Positions 1 through 12,937 of a stretch of 64,000 nucleotides of DNA are shown in pieces (position 1 is the first letter of the stretch; every line of letters begins with the position of its first letter). The stretch is from Octopus sinensis. Taxonomy: Eukaryota. Under the pieces are notes generated by a model. It saw only the letters and a list, made by a program, of their open reading frames with translations, did not search any database and was not told the DNA's origin. A program made the position numbers and the translations under genes. The stretch spans positions 126,542,001 through 126,606,000 of the forward strand of contig NC_042999.1 in assembly GCF_006345805.1 (NCBI RefSeq), in the 5' to 3' direction.

Positions 1-390
1 AGTTGGATTGTTGACTTGAAAGTGTCCTAGGAGTGGAGTGAAAATACTTTTGAATTGCTCATTTAGTATTTCACTTATCCTCATTGGGTTTCCTATAAGT
101 GTACCATCTTTTTCGAGGAGTGGCCCTATTCTGCAGTGCACTGAAGCTGTTTCTTTGGCAAACTTGTAGAAAGCTCTGGGATTACATTTTATATTGTCTA
201 TAGCCCGGGCTCCTTTGTCTGCTCTTTCTTTTTCATGGGAGAGTTGCAGATTTTTTTCAATTTCCAGCAGTTGTATTTTCAGGCAGGACTTTTCATTGCT
301 TTCAGTTTGTTTGTTTAGGCGATTTGAAACTTTTGTACACCGTCTCATAAGAAATTTCCTCTCCCTGGGGATTTTGTTCTTATGTACAGT
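1..390 (-). mobile_element. CR1/L2-like (Jockey group) LINE ORF2 fragment, linker region between endonuclease and RT
   Basis: Minus strand reads ...NKIPRERKFLMRR...NIKCNPRAFYKFAKETASVHCRIGPLLEKDGTLIGNPMRISEILNEQFKSIFTP, homologous to 26800-27150 of the larger copy in this window; runs off the window start. Confidence 0.85.
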
Positions 391-706
391 GGCATCCATA
401 TATATATATTCATATATATGTCCATATATATATATATTATTTATATTATTATATATATATATTCATAATAATAATATTAGGGGATATGATTCCAAACTTA
501 CAGGGAAAAATTCAATTTAGTAATACTAGATCAAATTTCACAATATATAATATATGTATATAAATTAGAAAAGAACCACTATGTAGCAATTCAACAATAA
601 TATAATTAAATCATACCATATAGAAAAAAATTAAAGCTATGATAAAACATTTACCTAGAACTAAATAAAGTATGAAATAATAAATAAATAGTATATAATT
701 AGTAAA

Positions 707-791
707 TAGACTACACGTGTTTCATGGCTATATTTTCAAACTGATAACAGTAAAATCAATTCAATTTAAATATAGTCACTCATCAGGTCCA
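707..791 (-). ncRNA. Type I hammerhead ribozyme motif in a Penelope-like/retrozyme-type repeat
   Basis: Minus strand: stem I UGGAC/GUCUA, core CUGAUGA, stem II GUGACUAUAU/AUAUAGCCAU (9/10 pairs), GAAAC, palindromic helix III ACACGUGU, cleavage triplet GUA. Confidence 0.75.
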
Positions 792-1539
792 AGATAAAAA
801 CAATAAAATAATTAAATAAATGTATGTATATTATCCTATGAGAAAATATAAATATATATAAAAATATGTAATTTTTCAATAAAAAAATCAAACAAAATTC
901 AACAATATATCTTAAAATGGATATTTTGTGTTTTTATTTAGATATATTGTTAGATATATAGTAAGTATTACATTAAATTTTGTTCTTGTGCTGGTAATTT
1001 CACTGGGGAGAGGTTTCATTTAATAGACTGGTTAGTTTCATTGGGCAATTAGAGCGGGGTGAATATTATTTTGGTGTTGGGTTCCGAGTTTAACTAAGCA
1101 CATTTTTCGCACGTGTATTAAATTTGTTTTTAGTCCACAGTGGGTTTAGTCACTGGCGGTGTAAGTGAAGGGGGTTACTTAGGGTGAGAAGGGAGCTAAC
1201 TCCTACCAATTTTTATTAGACTAGGTAGGGTGGTTTAGAATTGTATTATGGCTAAGAGTTATATTATTACTAGAGTTTAGGAAGTTCTTAGTGCTAGACA
1301 GGGCCCTATGTAGGTGCAAAGTAAATTATTATGGAATGTGGAGGGCGAGTGAGTTTGCGGGGTGACTATTTGTGTGTAAGTGTTAAAGGTGGTTCCTAGC
1401 TAATTAGACTTATATAGATGACTATTCAAGGTAGGGATTATGAAAGACATAGAGGCCTAAAAATATATATATATACACACACATATATATATCCATATAT
1501 ATATATATGTATATGTTATCTCCTCTACTGTCCCTCTCG

Positions 1540-1750
1540 CAGCTGACCATTCTGTCCGATGTCAGATGCCATGATAGATCGTTAGCTACTACACACATTT
1601 TTTTTCTCCTTGTTTTTTTTCTGTGTATCTTTCTGTCGAAGAGCGTAGGCTCGAAACGTAAAAGACTTTTTCTATTCCTGAGCGCTATACTAATACATTT
1701 GTTTGTTTGTACACCACCTGCCTTCGTCTTTTGTTTATTTTCTTAAACTT
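1540..1750 (+). mobile_element. Short Penelope-like (pLTR-type) repeat carrying a minimal hammerhead-like motif; second copy at ~59990-60220
   Basis: CTGTCGAAGAGCGTAGGCTCGAAACGTAAAAGAC at 1633-1666; CpG-decayed copy CTATTGAAGAGCATGGGCTTGAAACATAAAAGAC near 60096-60130 with shared downstream sequence. Confidence 0.55.
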
Positions 1751-1755
1751 TCCCT

Positions 1756-1789
<34 letters not shown>

Positions 1790-1849
1790 ACACACATAAA
1801 TATATATCTATATATATATTCATATATATATTCAGTGGAGGTGGGGGTC

Positions 1850-2025
1850 AAACACAAAGACATGCAAACAGAGATATGTAATGGGCTTCCATACAGTTTC
1901 CATCTACCAAGTCATTGGTTGGCTTGGGGCTGTAGTAGAAGACACTTGCCCAAGGTATAGCACTGTGGGATTGAACCTAAAACCATGCGGTTGCAAAGTG
2001 AGCTTTTTAACCATGCCAACATGCC
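1850..2025 (-). mobile_element. tRNA-derived SINE (family A) 5' fragment
   Basis: Reverse complement of the head of full-length copies at 35207, 43912 and 58569 (gtagtagaagacacttgcccaagg motif). Confidence 0.75.
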
Positions 2026-3353
2026 TTGCCAATGTAGCTATATTTGCAACTGTAATTTCAAAACCATTTAATTACTTTAAATATTGAAAGGAAATCATGT
2101 ATCTATTTCTAAAGGGTATTGATATTTTGATAACAAAATATGGTAAATTTAAATACATTTGTACAGTATGATTTTCACTGATGCTTATGAGGGATCCATA
2201 TGGAGTTGAGAAATGCAAAGTTGTTGAAATAATAACTTTTTGCATAAGCACAAAGCTTTAAATCTGGGAAGTAAATATCCTCAACTACATCAACCCCAGT
2301 AATTTACAGGTGCTTATGATCCATGAAGAATGAAAGACAAAGTTGATTTGAACTTAGAATGTAACGGGCTGTAACAAAATACCACAAAGCAGTCTTATCC
2401 AATGCACTAATGATTCTGCTAATCCACTTCCCTCTAGTTATTCTTATCATAAGTTAATAGCTTAGCTTTTAGATCATTGACATAAGAAAGAGCTATTTTG
2501 AAGTGTTCCAGATCTGAAAATTCTTTTCCTTGCGTCTGACAAAAGAAAAACCAACAGTAAATTCAGACCAAATTTACCAACAAATGTCAACATGTCTTAC
2601 AATAGCTGTATACCTCTGCATACTAATTATATGTTTAATTCTCAGGTTTCATTTCTCTGACAATGTAAACCAGCTTTGTTCTCTTTTTTTGTTTTGTTTT
2701 GTTTTTATCTTTGTTACATACCTGTTGTACATCATTGAATAATCTGAAATCTAGTCAAATATGATAAGTGATGTTACAAATCTGTCAGGTTTACTATTAA
2801 ATATTCAAGATTATATTCTTAAACTATGAATTCATGTTCAAATTCTCTGAGACTAAATATATTTCTCACACTTTTTCCTACATTTCAATTATCATCATCA
2901 TTTTTTTTTTTTTGAAACCACAACAGGTTCCATCTTAAATCATGGTTTTAATAAATTAGCAGTTTTAGGTAACTAGTTACTTTTCAGGTTATTAACTCTC
3001 ATCTTGTTCTACTACTGCAGTTAATACATTTTCATTGCATTTGGATACATCTTAAAGTGTATTGACTGTCAAACTACTTCATTCTTTAACTGAGGCTATT
3101 TCAAACAACATTCTCTATGGTGATGCCCTTTCAAAGAACATTATTCTCGCTCATACCAACTTGTAACATATTAGCTTAATCTTGAATCTTCAATTATATG
3201 TTTATTCTTCAGCCATATTATGTTTACAGTTCAAAACTATCTAACAAAGTATTATTTTTTTATTTCATAATCCAGACTTCTCTTTTTGCCCTTCAATAAA
3301 AATTACTGTTCAGTTTTATATCTATTTTTCTGAAGTGATGATACTGAGGAGTT

Positions 3354-3399
<46 letters not shown>

Positions 3400-3809
3400 A
3401 GAGAGTTACTAATTAAACCAGATTGGAAAGCCTAATATTATTGTATTTTGAGAGGGTCATTAAGTATCAGTCGAGCACTGGGGTCAAGGTAATCAATTCA
3501 TCCTCCTCCCTTGAACTTGCTGGCCTTGTGCCAAAATTTGAAACTATTATTATGTCAATTCGTGAAAATTTAATCAGTTAAGTAATTGATTGTTTGATTA
3601 ATCATTTGGTCAATCACCCAGCCAGGTTTGTCAAAATCCTTTCGTTGCCATTAGCAATTTCATCAATGACATGCTCTCTCTATTCCAGGCTGACAAACCC
3701 AGCTGAATAATTAATTGACCGAACAATCTAACAATTTATTTGTTAAATGATTAACTAATAAATAATAGATAATTAAAGAAATGAAATAAAACCAGTGCAT
3801 ATGTTTATC

Positions 3810-3960
3810 ATTTTCTACTCCAGGCACAAGGCCTGAAATTTTGGTGGAGGGGGCCAGTCGATTAGACTGATCCCAGTATGCAACTAGTACTTAATTCATT
3901 GGTCCCAAAAGGATGAAAGGCCAAGTCGACCTCGGCTGAATTTGAACTCAGAACGTAACG
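3810..3960 (-). mobile_element. SINE family B fragment
   Basis: ggatgaaaggccaagtcgacctcggctgaatttgaactcagaacgt is the reverse complement of the family B body seen at 7368-7890. Confidence 0.7.
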
Positions 3961-4559
3961 GGGTCCATATATTTATTATTAGCATAATGACCCTCCCAAG
4001 ATATATCAAAATCTGTTTCAACACATCAGTTCATATCAAGAATATTGCAAACCAAATATAAAAATGAAATATTCTCATATTCTATCCTATAGTAACTATG
4101 ACATTTTAATATGTTTAACTCCATAATTGCCTCTGTTGTGTGTTTCTTTCTATTTTCTTGTTACAGAACTGTTTTGTCTTTAGACTCATTCCTCATGCAC
4201 TTTTACTGTATATTCAACCTTTACTCAACAATTTGTTTGCTTTTATTTAGTTTATAATTAATCAAACCAACTTTGTTAATAATAAAATTCAATATATACC
4301 TAACAAATTCTATGTACATAAAGAGCACTTCATACAATGGCTGGAGTATTTAGCTCATGGTTGGCTCATGATCACAAAGGTCATGAGTTTGATTCCTGGA
4401 CTTTGTGTCCTTAAGCAAAACATTTGACTTCATGTTACTCCAGTCTATTCATCTGAAATGAATACCATCATTTGAGAGCTGATGTAACCCCAACTCCGCC
4501 ACCTTCTCTCTCTCTCTCTCTCTCATCCTGATTGTTCTGAGTTGCTTGGAAGGCTTCAT

Positions 4560-5480
4560 AGGCATGGATTGAGTGCAGGGGTACAGACACCGACAATATG
4601 TTTTTAGGATCTCATTTTTGCTAAGATGGATGAGTATTCTTTAGCATGGTGAATCACCATTCATCTTGGTCCTTTGTCATCTCCTTTGTGAGGTTCAGTA
4701 ACCTGAGTTTGATCTTCACTTCTTTGTCCCACATCTTCCTGGGTCCTCTCTTCCATGAATTTCATCCATATTAAGTGATTGTCTCTTCTTTATGCAGCTG
4801 TTCTCATCCATACACATCACATGACCATACCAGCTCAGTCTTCTCTCCTGTATACTATATCTGATACTTCTTATGCTCTATTTTGCTTTCAACCCATTTG
4901 TATTTTGTCATACATGTACTCTGACATTGCACATCAAGCAGAGCATACTCACTTCATTTCTTTCTAGTCCATACACATCACATGACCATACTAGCTCAGT
5001 CTTCTCTTTTGTATACTGCAATTGTATATCCTTGTACTCTATTTTTGTCTCAACACATTTGCATTTTGTCATATATGCACTTTGATATTGCACATCCAGC
5101 AGAGCATGCTAGCTTTACATGTCCTCTGCATTTATGCCCCATGTTTCACTACTATGAAGCATTGTTGTTTGTACACAAGCATCATACAATCTGCCTTTCA
5201 CCCTAAGAGAAAGCCCTTTTGTTACCAACAAAGGTAATAGCTCTCTAAACTATCTCCAGCTGGTTTGTATTCTATCAGGATATCCTCCACTACTGCTAAT
5301 TAGGTCATCAAGATAACTGTTTCTAAGGATCTTTCTGATCATTTGAGAAAATCTAATTCCTGTGTGTTCATAGTGTTCTTGTTCCTGTGCATCTGCCACA
5401 CACAAAGATTACTTTCTCTGTTAATCTTCCAGCGATTCCACTCCATCTCTTGTGTGTCCATAGTTTGAACTGGGTACATC
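4560..5480 (-). mobile_element. Old RTE-clade LINE remnant with an internal 161-bp tandem duplication
   Basis: Minus strand translates to FRELLPLLVTKGLSLRVKGRLYDACVQTTMLHSSETW, homologous to 24326-24577; unit ccatacacatcacatgacc recurs at 4808 and 4969. Confidence 0.75.
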
Positions 5481-5921
5481 ATATTGAATTACTAGCTACT
5501 GTATTTAGTGTTTCCTAAAATTTTGCTTTACAGACCCCAAAGACATATGTTACTCTTCATCAAATATTATACTGCATTCATTTTTGCATCCTTTTATTCA
5601 ACACTTGACAATATTGCTTTATCCTTTCTTTTTCTTTCAGGATCAAGGCTGTTAGGTTTAAAACAAAATAAAACATACATAAAGTTACATGTGAATGTTG
5701 AGAAACATTCATTTCTGTAATGACCTTCTCTTATCAACATGCTACTATCACTAGTCTATCTTCCATTTACCTCTGCATTGATACAGCAATTGTTTCCATT
5801 CCTTTAACAAGCATTTTATATGGATCACCCCATAAAAACTTAGCTGATGATGTACCTGACTTACATCATCTCAACTCTTCAATATCTTATTCCTAAACTC
5901 TTCTAAACACTTTGTGTAATC

Positions 5922-6176
5922 CAGTGGTTCTCAACCGTTTTTTACTTATGGATACCCTATGATTCCTGTTTTACTTAGAGGGACCCTCATAGTCACTTGA
6001 TGTTTTGAAAAATCTTATTATATTTTATATTTTTATATTATTAAGAATTGTATTAAAAAAATTGTTAAAATATTTTGTGTATTCTAGAAGTATAACAGGT
6101 TTATTGGGAATAATTTTAACAACAGAATCCTATGTAGACCCCCAAGAGTCATATGGACCCCAGTTGAGAACCACTG
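5922..6176. mobile_element. hAT (Charlie-like) MITE, 255 bp
   Basis: TIRs CAGTGGTTCTCAAC / GTTGAGAACCACTG; flanking 8-mers gtgtaatc / atttaatc (6/8, degenerate TSD). Confidence 0.75.
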
Positions 6177-7330
6177 ATTTAATCCACCCACACCTTCCCA
6201 GCAGACATCAGCCTACAGAAATTCAAGATGAATAATATCAACCATATTGATCTCACCCAGATCTGTAAAGGTTACAAACAAAATATTACTCTTCCTTTTC
6301 TTTTTCAGGTTAAAAGATTTAAAATTTATTTACAGAAATTCTAAACTAGTCTTTTATTTATTTTATCATCAAATAAATTATATTGATTATTGTCTTTTTG
6401 TTTTTCCAACTGATATAATAGTTGAAGTACATTCACTATTTTCATAGTGTTTTTTGAATTTAAGTCGCATGAACTTAGATTATTTGCTACCATAAACTGT
6501 ATTATTTATTAATTTTTGTGATATTTTCTATAAATCATTTTGACAGATGTTATTCTCATGTACCTAATTCCTCTTTAATCATAATCTTTAACACCAAATT
6601 AACTATCACTTAAATGATTTGGTTCATTTTTTTTTTTCTTTCATGAGGGAGTAATTTTTACTTTCTTTAAGAGGCTTAAACTAATTATAGGTAATTTCAA
6701 CTCTTTGCATGTGCCACTTGATATTTTTCAAACAGGAATTTGGTATAAATAAATGCTTCTATTTTCTGAAATAGACTGTCTATTAATATCCAGTTTTTTT
6801 TATTATTATCATTTTCATTTATTTATGTATTTATTTATTCTGTGGTTGTAATCTATGAACAACTGTCTTCAAGGCTGGTGTATATTCTAATATCAGTTGT
6901 TGTGCATGACTCCACCTGCCCCACCCTACTTTAGGCTTTTACAGCATTAACTAAAGCTTTAATTCAAGCAATAAGATAGCTTTTATTGTTAATGATAAAG
7001 ATAACATCATGAAAGACATTCCTCATTTACAATTTTCACCAACCTTTTAATTCAACATCTGTTAACCCGTGTCTTTGTTATAAGCAGAGAATCCTTTTTA
7101 CATACATACTCTTTCAGAATATTTTCAGATTTATATCAGTTGCTAAATTTTCTTGCTGGCACAAGTACCTCCACTTCCTTCTCCCCAGCATTTATAGTGT
7201 GTGCTGAAATATCTTATTCTTTTGATTTTCAATCTGTTTCAATTTTTTTGAAGCAGAAATTAGTTCAATCACAGTTTTATCCATTGACATTTAAAAGTTG
7301 GCTACAAACTTACATTAGAAATAAGCCAAG

Positions 7331-7365
<35 letters not shown>

Positions 7366-7367
7366 GT

Positions 7368-7581
7368 AAGGCACTGAGCTGGCAGAATCGTTAGTATGCT
7401 GGATGAAATACTTAGTGGTATTTTGCCTGTTGCTACATTCTGGGTTCAAATTCTGCCAAGGTCAACTTTGTCTTTCATTCTTTCGAGGTCGATAAATTAA
7501 GTACCAGTGAAACACTGGGGTAGATGTAATCAACTATCCCCTTCCCCCATAATTACTGTCCCTGTGCCTATAGTAAAAATG

Positions 7582-7637
<56 letters not shown>

Positions 7638-7849
7638 GTAAGGCAGTGAGCTGGCAGAATCCTTAGCACACCAGGCAAAATGCTTAGCTGCATTTCGTCT
7701 GTCTTTTACATTCTGAGTTCAAATTCTGCCAAGATTGACTTTGCCTTTCATCCTTTCAGAGTTGATAAATTAAGTACCAATTGTGTACTGGGGTCGATCT
7801 AATCAACTGGCCCCCTCCCCAAAAATGTTGGGCCTTGTACCTAGAGTAG

Positions 7850-7890
<41 letters not shown>
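7368..7890 (+). mobile_element. Two tandem SINE family B copies with (TTA)n tails
   Basis: ggcactgagctggcagaatcgttag...gttcaaattctgcc...aagtaccag...ccttgtgcct/acct followed by (tta)n, twice. Confidence 0.8.
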
Positions 7891-7891
<1 letters not shown>

Positions 7892-9099
7892 TAGATATTC
7901 AGGTTTAAGTTTAAATAACCGTATATTCAATTGTAAAATTTTTCATGTACTTGGGTTTCTTTTGTATTTCAAGTTGATGGGCATGCATTAATTTACAATC
8001 CTTGTTTTTTTTGGGGGGGGGGAGAAACATAACATATTTTATATAGGATAATCTTCTTAATTAAAATTAACATTGGTCCATGTAAAGACATTGATTTATG
8101 TGCCCTTGGTAAAAGAAAAAAGAAAAAGCAACATTTATTGAGCTAAAATAATTTTCTTTTTTTTTTTAAATCCCCCAAACCACTTCAGATCTAACAACTG
8201 CTTGCAATTATTGAACTGGGAAAGTATAGACAACAGTGACATGTTTGTGTTGAATTTTGACACTCCTCTGATCAAACAGGTTAGCTGAACTGCAATGACA
8301 ACAACAAAAGCAACAATAACAAGGTTGCTTTTTGTTTTGTTTTTGTTTATTTTTTACATTAGCACATTTTTTACATGTCACCTGGTGATATGCCTGTTTG
8401 CAGTTTTATTCACTCTAACAAGATTAAAGATAAAGTTACCTACATTAAAATGTGAAACCAGAACACAGAAGGAAGAAAAATAAAATCAGATGATACCATC
8501 ATCATTGTCATTGTTTTAACATCCACTTTTCCATGCTGACATGGGTTGGATAGGGTATATTAAGACAAATTTTTCTATAGCTGGATACCCTTCATGTTGC
8601 CAATTTGTACCTCTCTCCAAGCAAAATATTATTTCCCCATAGCCAGACATGTTTTTGCAAAATATTGATTATTGCAAATGATGTACATTTACAATAATCA
8701 CATGATATCAAGACAAGGAAATGCACGCACACACACACAAGGTAGCCAAGTATCTCCTCTATAGTAAGACACCTATCTCTATCCCTCTGTTGTGCTCACC
8801 AGGCACAAAGCCACTTCCCTTGGTTCTACTCCCTCTCCCTATTAAAAGGTCTTCGTCTCACAAGGTATTTGGTGGTCCTACCAGTGTTGGTGCTACATAA
8901 AAAGCATCTAGTACACTCTTTAAAGTGATTGGCATTAGGAGGGGCCTCCAGTTATAGAAACCATGCTAAAGCTGACAATGGAGCTCATTGCTGCTCTCCG
9001 ACTTGCCATCTCCTGTCAAAATAACCAACCTATGCCAGCATGGTGGACAGATGTTAAATAATGTTGATGATGATGATGTATATATTAAAAGAGATTCTT

Positions 9100-9380
9100 T
9101 CAGTCTCCTTTCCAAAACATTCACTCACAAGACTTTGGTTGGCTCAAGACTAAATAATAAAAGGCACTTGACCAAGGTGTCACATTGAGGGACCGAATCC
9201 CAAACCATGTGGTTGGAAAGCAGACTTCTTAACCACACAGCCACGCCTGTACTTTCAATGCTTCAGTTCACCTGGGGTTATAGTAGGAGACACTTACCCA
9301 AGGTGCCATGCAGTGGGGCTGAACCTGAAACTATGTAGTTGGGAAGCAAACTTCTCAACTACATAAACCATACCAGCACC
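9100..9380 (-). mobile_element. Two adjacent SINE family A 5' fragments
   Basis: cacttgaccaaggtgtcac and cacttacccaaggtgccatgcagtgggg motifs match the family A head in reverse. Confidence 0.65.
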
Positions 9381-10209
9381 TATAATTAATAATAATTAAT
9401 AATTTCTAGCTTAATAATTTCTAGGACACGTTTTAGAATGAAAATTTTTATTCCATTGAATCAACCATGAGAGTTGTATTGAATTGAGAAGGATGAAAGG
9501 TAAAGTCAACCTCAGTGGGAATTAAACTTAGAATGTGAAGGGAGATAAGTTAACAGTGCAAGGTTATAATCAAAGATACCTTCTGGTTATAATCAAAGAT
9601 ACCTTTATAGTAGGCCTACACAGTCAGGGCTAACCTCAGGTTAAATATCAAGAGTAACAACCAAAATTAAACAAGAGACCAACATCAGTTATATACTATG
9701 CAACCTACATACAGAAACATCTGACTACCACATTCTTCTTAAAACCAGAATATATCCACAGACATGCCAGAGTAGTTATATCCATTGGTAAGACTGCAGG
9801 CACTTAAAAATGAAATCTCACAAGTATGCACTGTGTTTGATAATTGACCTTGAGAAGGCTATAATACTCTGGGACATATGTACCAAAGGAATCACAGTGA
9901 ACTCCTCAAGTATCATTCTCTAAGGAGGAAAGGAAGTTGAGATCCTATCGAAGTACAAGGATATACAGTTCTATATTTAAGAGATGATGAATTATGTACA
10001 TTATTTACATTTGACGAATATTTGTCCCCATCTTGTTTGTTGTTAACACGTTTTGGCTGATATACCCTCCAGCTTTCATCAGGTGTCTTGGGGAAATTTT
10101 GAACCTGGGTTCTCATGCCTAAGGTATTTTTCAATGTTGTTAGTATTATTATTATTATTATTTGTTGTTATTATTCAGGTCACTGCCAGGAATTGAATTT
10201 GGGCAGTGA

Positions 10210-10241
<32 letters not shown>

Positions 10242-10244
<3 letters not shown>

Positions 10245-11917
10245 CTTGTCAATAGCCTGGATAGACTATAAAAAAGCTTTTGATAGCCTACCACATAGAT
10301 TAAGGAATGCTGGAAATGCATAAAATAGCACCTACTCTGCAAAACTTTTTGTCTGTATGTATGAGATCATGGAGAACCACACTGACTTTGAACAGTGACA
10401 ATGAATCTCTAAATGCTGGAGATGTAAAACTTTCATGTGGCATTTTCCATGGTGACTCACTATCACCACTCCTCTTTTGTTTAGCCTTAATACCTTTCTC
10501 AAAATTGCTCAATGATGCATAATACGGTTATAAAATGTTTGATAAAAATATAAATCATCTCATTTACATGGATGATTTAAAGCTCTTTGCAAAAAATAAC
10601 CAACAACTCAAGGGCTTACTAGCAATTGTTAAACAATTCAATGATGACATCAGAATGCAATTTGACCTCGATAAATGTGCAAAAGCTACCTTTATCAAAG
10701 GAAAATGACAGAAACATCTAACATTAACCTTGACCAACAGAATGTCATAAAAGTGTTAGAACCAGCAGAGAGCTACAAATACCTAGGGGTACTTGAAGGG
10801 GACAGAATCAGGCATTCAGTGATGAGGGAAAGGATCAAGAGAGAATGTTATTGCAGGGTGAGAGCCATACTTGAGACAGAGCTGAATGCAAGAAACAGGA
10901 TCGAAGTGATCAATGCTTTAGCCATACCAGTCTTGACTTACAGTTTCAATATCATTAACTGGTCAATTACTGAAATATGTAATCTTGACAGAAAAATACG
11001 AAAACTGTTGGCAATGCATAGAATGCACCACCCTAAGGCAGATATAGAACGGATTTATCTGCCAAGAAAAGAAGGAGGCCATGGACTTTTACAACTGGCA
11101 TTAACAATGAAGATTACCACAATTGGCCTAGACGCCTACCAGAAAAACTCTGAGGAATGGATGTTAAAACTTGTCTCAAAACATGAAAACAAGAAAACAT
11201 CATACTCAGTAACAAAACAGGCAAAGGAATATCTAAGTGAATTCCAAATACAACAAATTCCGGAATTAGACATACGAGAAACAAGTGCAGGAAAAGCTAA
11301 GCACATGAAAACCTGTGCTAAAACTACTGCCTTAGATATTCTGACTGATAAATGGCAAGAAAAACCTCTCAATGACAAATACCCAAAGAGAGCGAATAAT
11401 GCCGATGTTGACAAAGCCCTTACTCATCAATGGCTAATGGCTTAAAATCTGAAATAGAAGGGTTTATCATAGCAGCCCAAGATCAATGCCTACCCTCAAG
11501 GAACTACCAGGCCAACATATTAAAGAACGGCAGCTTCCCAACAAAATGGAACTATTGATCATGTTGTCTCCAAGTGCAGTCTTCTTGTGCCTACAGAGTA
11601 TCTAAACAGGCATGATAGAGCTGCACAATATATTCACTGGGTAATTTGCAAAAACCTGGACTTGCCCCATGATAAAAACTGGTGAGAATACAAACCACCT
11701 CCAGTGCTTGAAAATGACCACATCTCACTCCTCTGGAACTTCACCATTCAAACTGACAGAGAGATAGATACAAATAGGCCAGGCATCATATTGAAAGACT
11801 TCAGACAAAAATCATGCCTCCTCATTGATATGACTGCCCCAATCGATATAAACATATCTGTCAAGACCTACCAAAAACTGAGCAAGTATAAAGATCTTGA
11901 AATAGAAATTAGCAAAA
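10242..11917 (+). mobile_element. Dong/R4-clade non-LTR retrotransposon (RT + restriction-like endonuclease), 5'-truncated and decayed
   Basis: WIDYKKAFDSLPH; IFHGDSLSPLLFCLALIP; YMDDLKLF; YKYLGV; RIYLPRKEGG; TIDHVVSKC; LLWNFTIQTDREIDTNRPGII...LLIDMTAP...KLSKYKDLEIEI; stops and frameshifts; begins directly after (AAT)n at 10214-10241. Confidence 0.85.
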
Positions 11918-12149
11918 TAATGTATAAGGATATACTTGTAAATACAATGCTAATAATAATTGGGATAATAGCTGTGGTAAAAAAGATTTTTAACCCCAGT
12001 ACTTGATTGGAACTTTATTTTATCAACCTCAGACGAAAGACAAAATCTACCTCACCAAGATTTGTCAACACCAGCAAGTTCAAATCTCGATGCAAATCTG
12101 CAAATTTTGGGCCTTGTGCATGTGTTAGAATCACTTATTATTATTATTA

Positions 12150-12710
12150 TTATTATTACATAACTGTTCAATATTTGGTAGATTGAGGCAAATTTCTACT
12201 GCTTCACCTGCTACACCTCCATGTTGCTGGGGTGTGTGCAGCATTGTCTGTCCTTTTCTGTTGTTGGGAATGTGCAAATTCTTCCCAGTACTGTATTGAA
12301 TCAGCTTTTTTCTCTTGAGTTGTGCTGCTGCCTTCTGTTGTGTTACTACTTATGTTATGTGTTGAGTGTATATTGCTTTGATTTTCTGGCTTGCTGGTGG
12401 GAGTTTATTTTACTTGGTAAATGCTGTATAGTGTGTGTCTTATATTTGTGGGTTGTTTTGTTTAGGTTGTATTGTTGGATTTATAGTGTCTTTCATAGAA
12501 TGTTGGCTGTTCCTAGTAGGGTTATTTTCTGGACAGTGTGTAGTTTTGAGGAAACAGGTATAGCTTCTACATTTTTGTTCATATGATTTTTTTTTATCAT
12601 GCCCAATGCTCCAATTATTATTGGTATTATTTTACCCTCACGCCCACATTTTGAACACTTCAATTTTGAGGTTTTTGTACTTCAACAATTTCTTCACTTC
12701 TTTTTTGACA
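12150..12710 (-). mobile_element. Dong/R4-clade element 3' end (endonuclease C-terminus + 3'UTR)
   Basis: Minus: KLLKYKNLKIEVFKMW...IIPIIIGALGMIKK...VQKITLLGTANIL; 3' end runs into (TAA)n. Confidence 0.75.
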
Positions 12711-12724
12711 TAATCATTATTATT

Positions 12725-12890
12725 AAAGCAGTGATCTGGCAGGATTGTTAGCATGCCAGGAAAATTGCTTAGCAGCATCTTTACGTTCTGAGTTCAAATT
12801 CTGCTGAGATCAACTTTGCCTTTCATCCTTTCAGGGTCAATAAATTAAGTCTCCCTCCAAATTTGAGGCCTTGTGCCTCCAGTAGAAAGG

Positions 12891-12937
<47 letters not shown>

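Noticed and set aside
7368-7890. Repeat-spacer-like periodicity (CRISPR-like)
   Set aside because: Tandem SINEs with (TTA)n tails in a eukaryotic genome; no cas genes or constant short repeats
9562-9604. 23-bp tandem duplication (and a 33-bp one at ~55188-55247)
   Set aside because: Ordinary slippage duplications with no further signal
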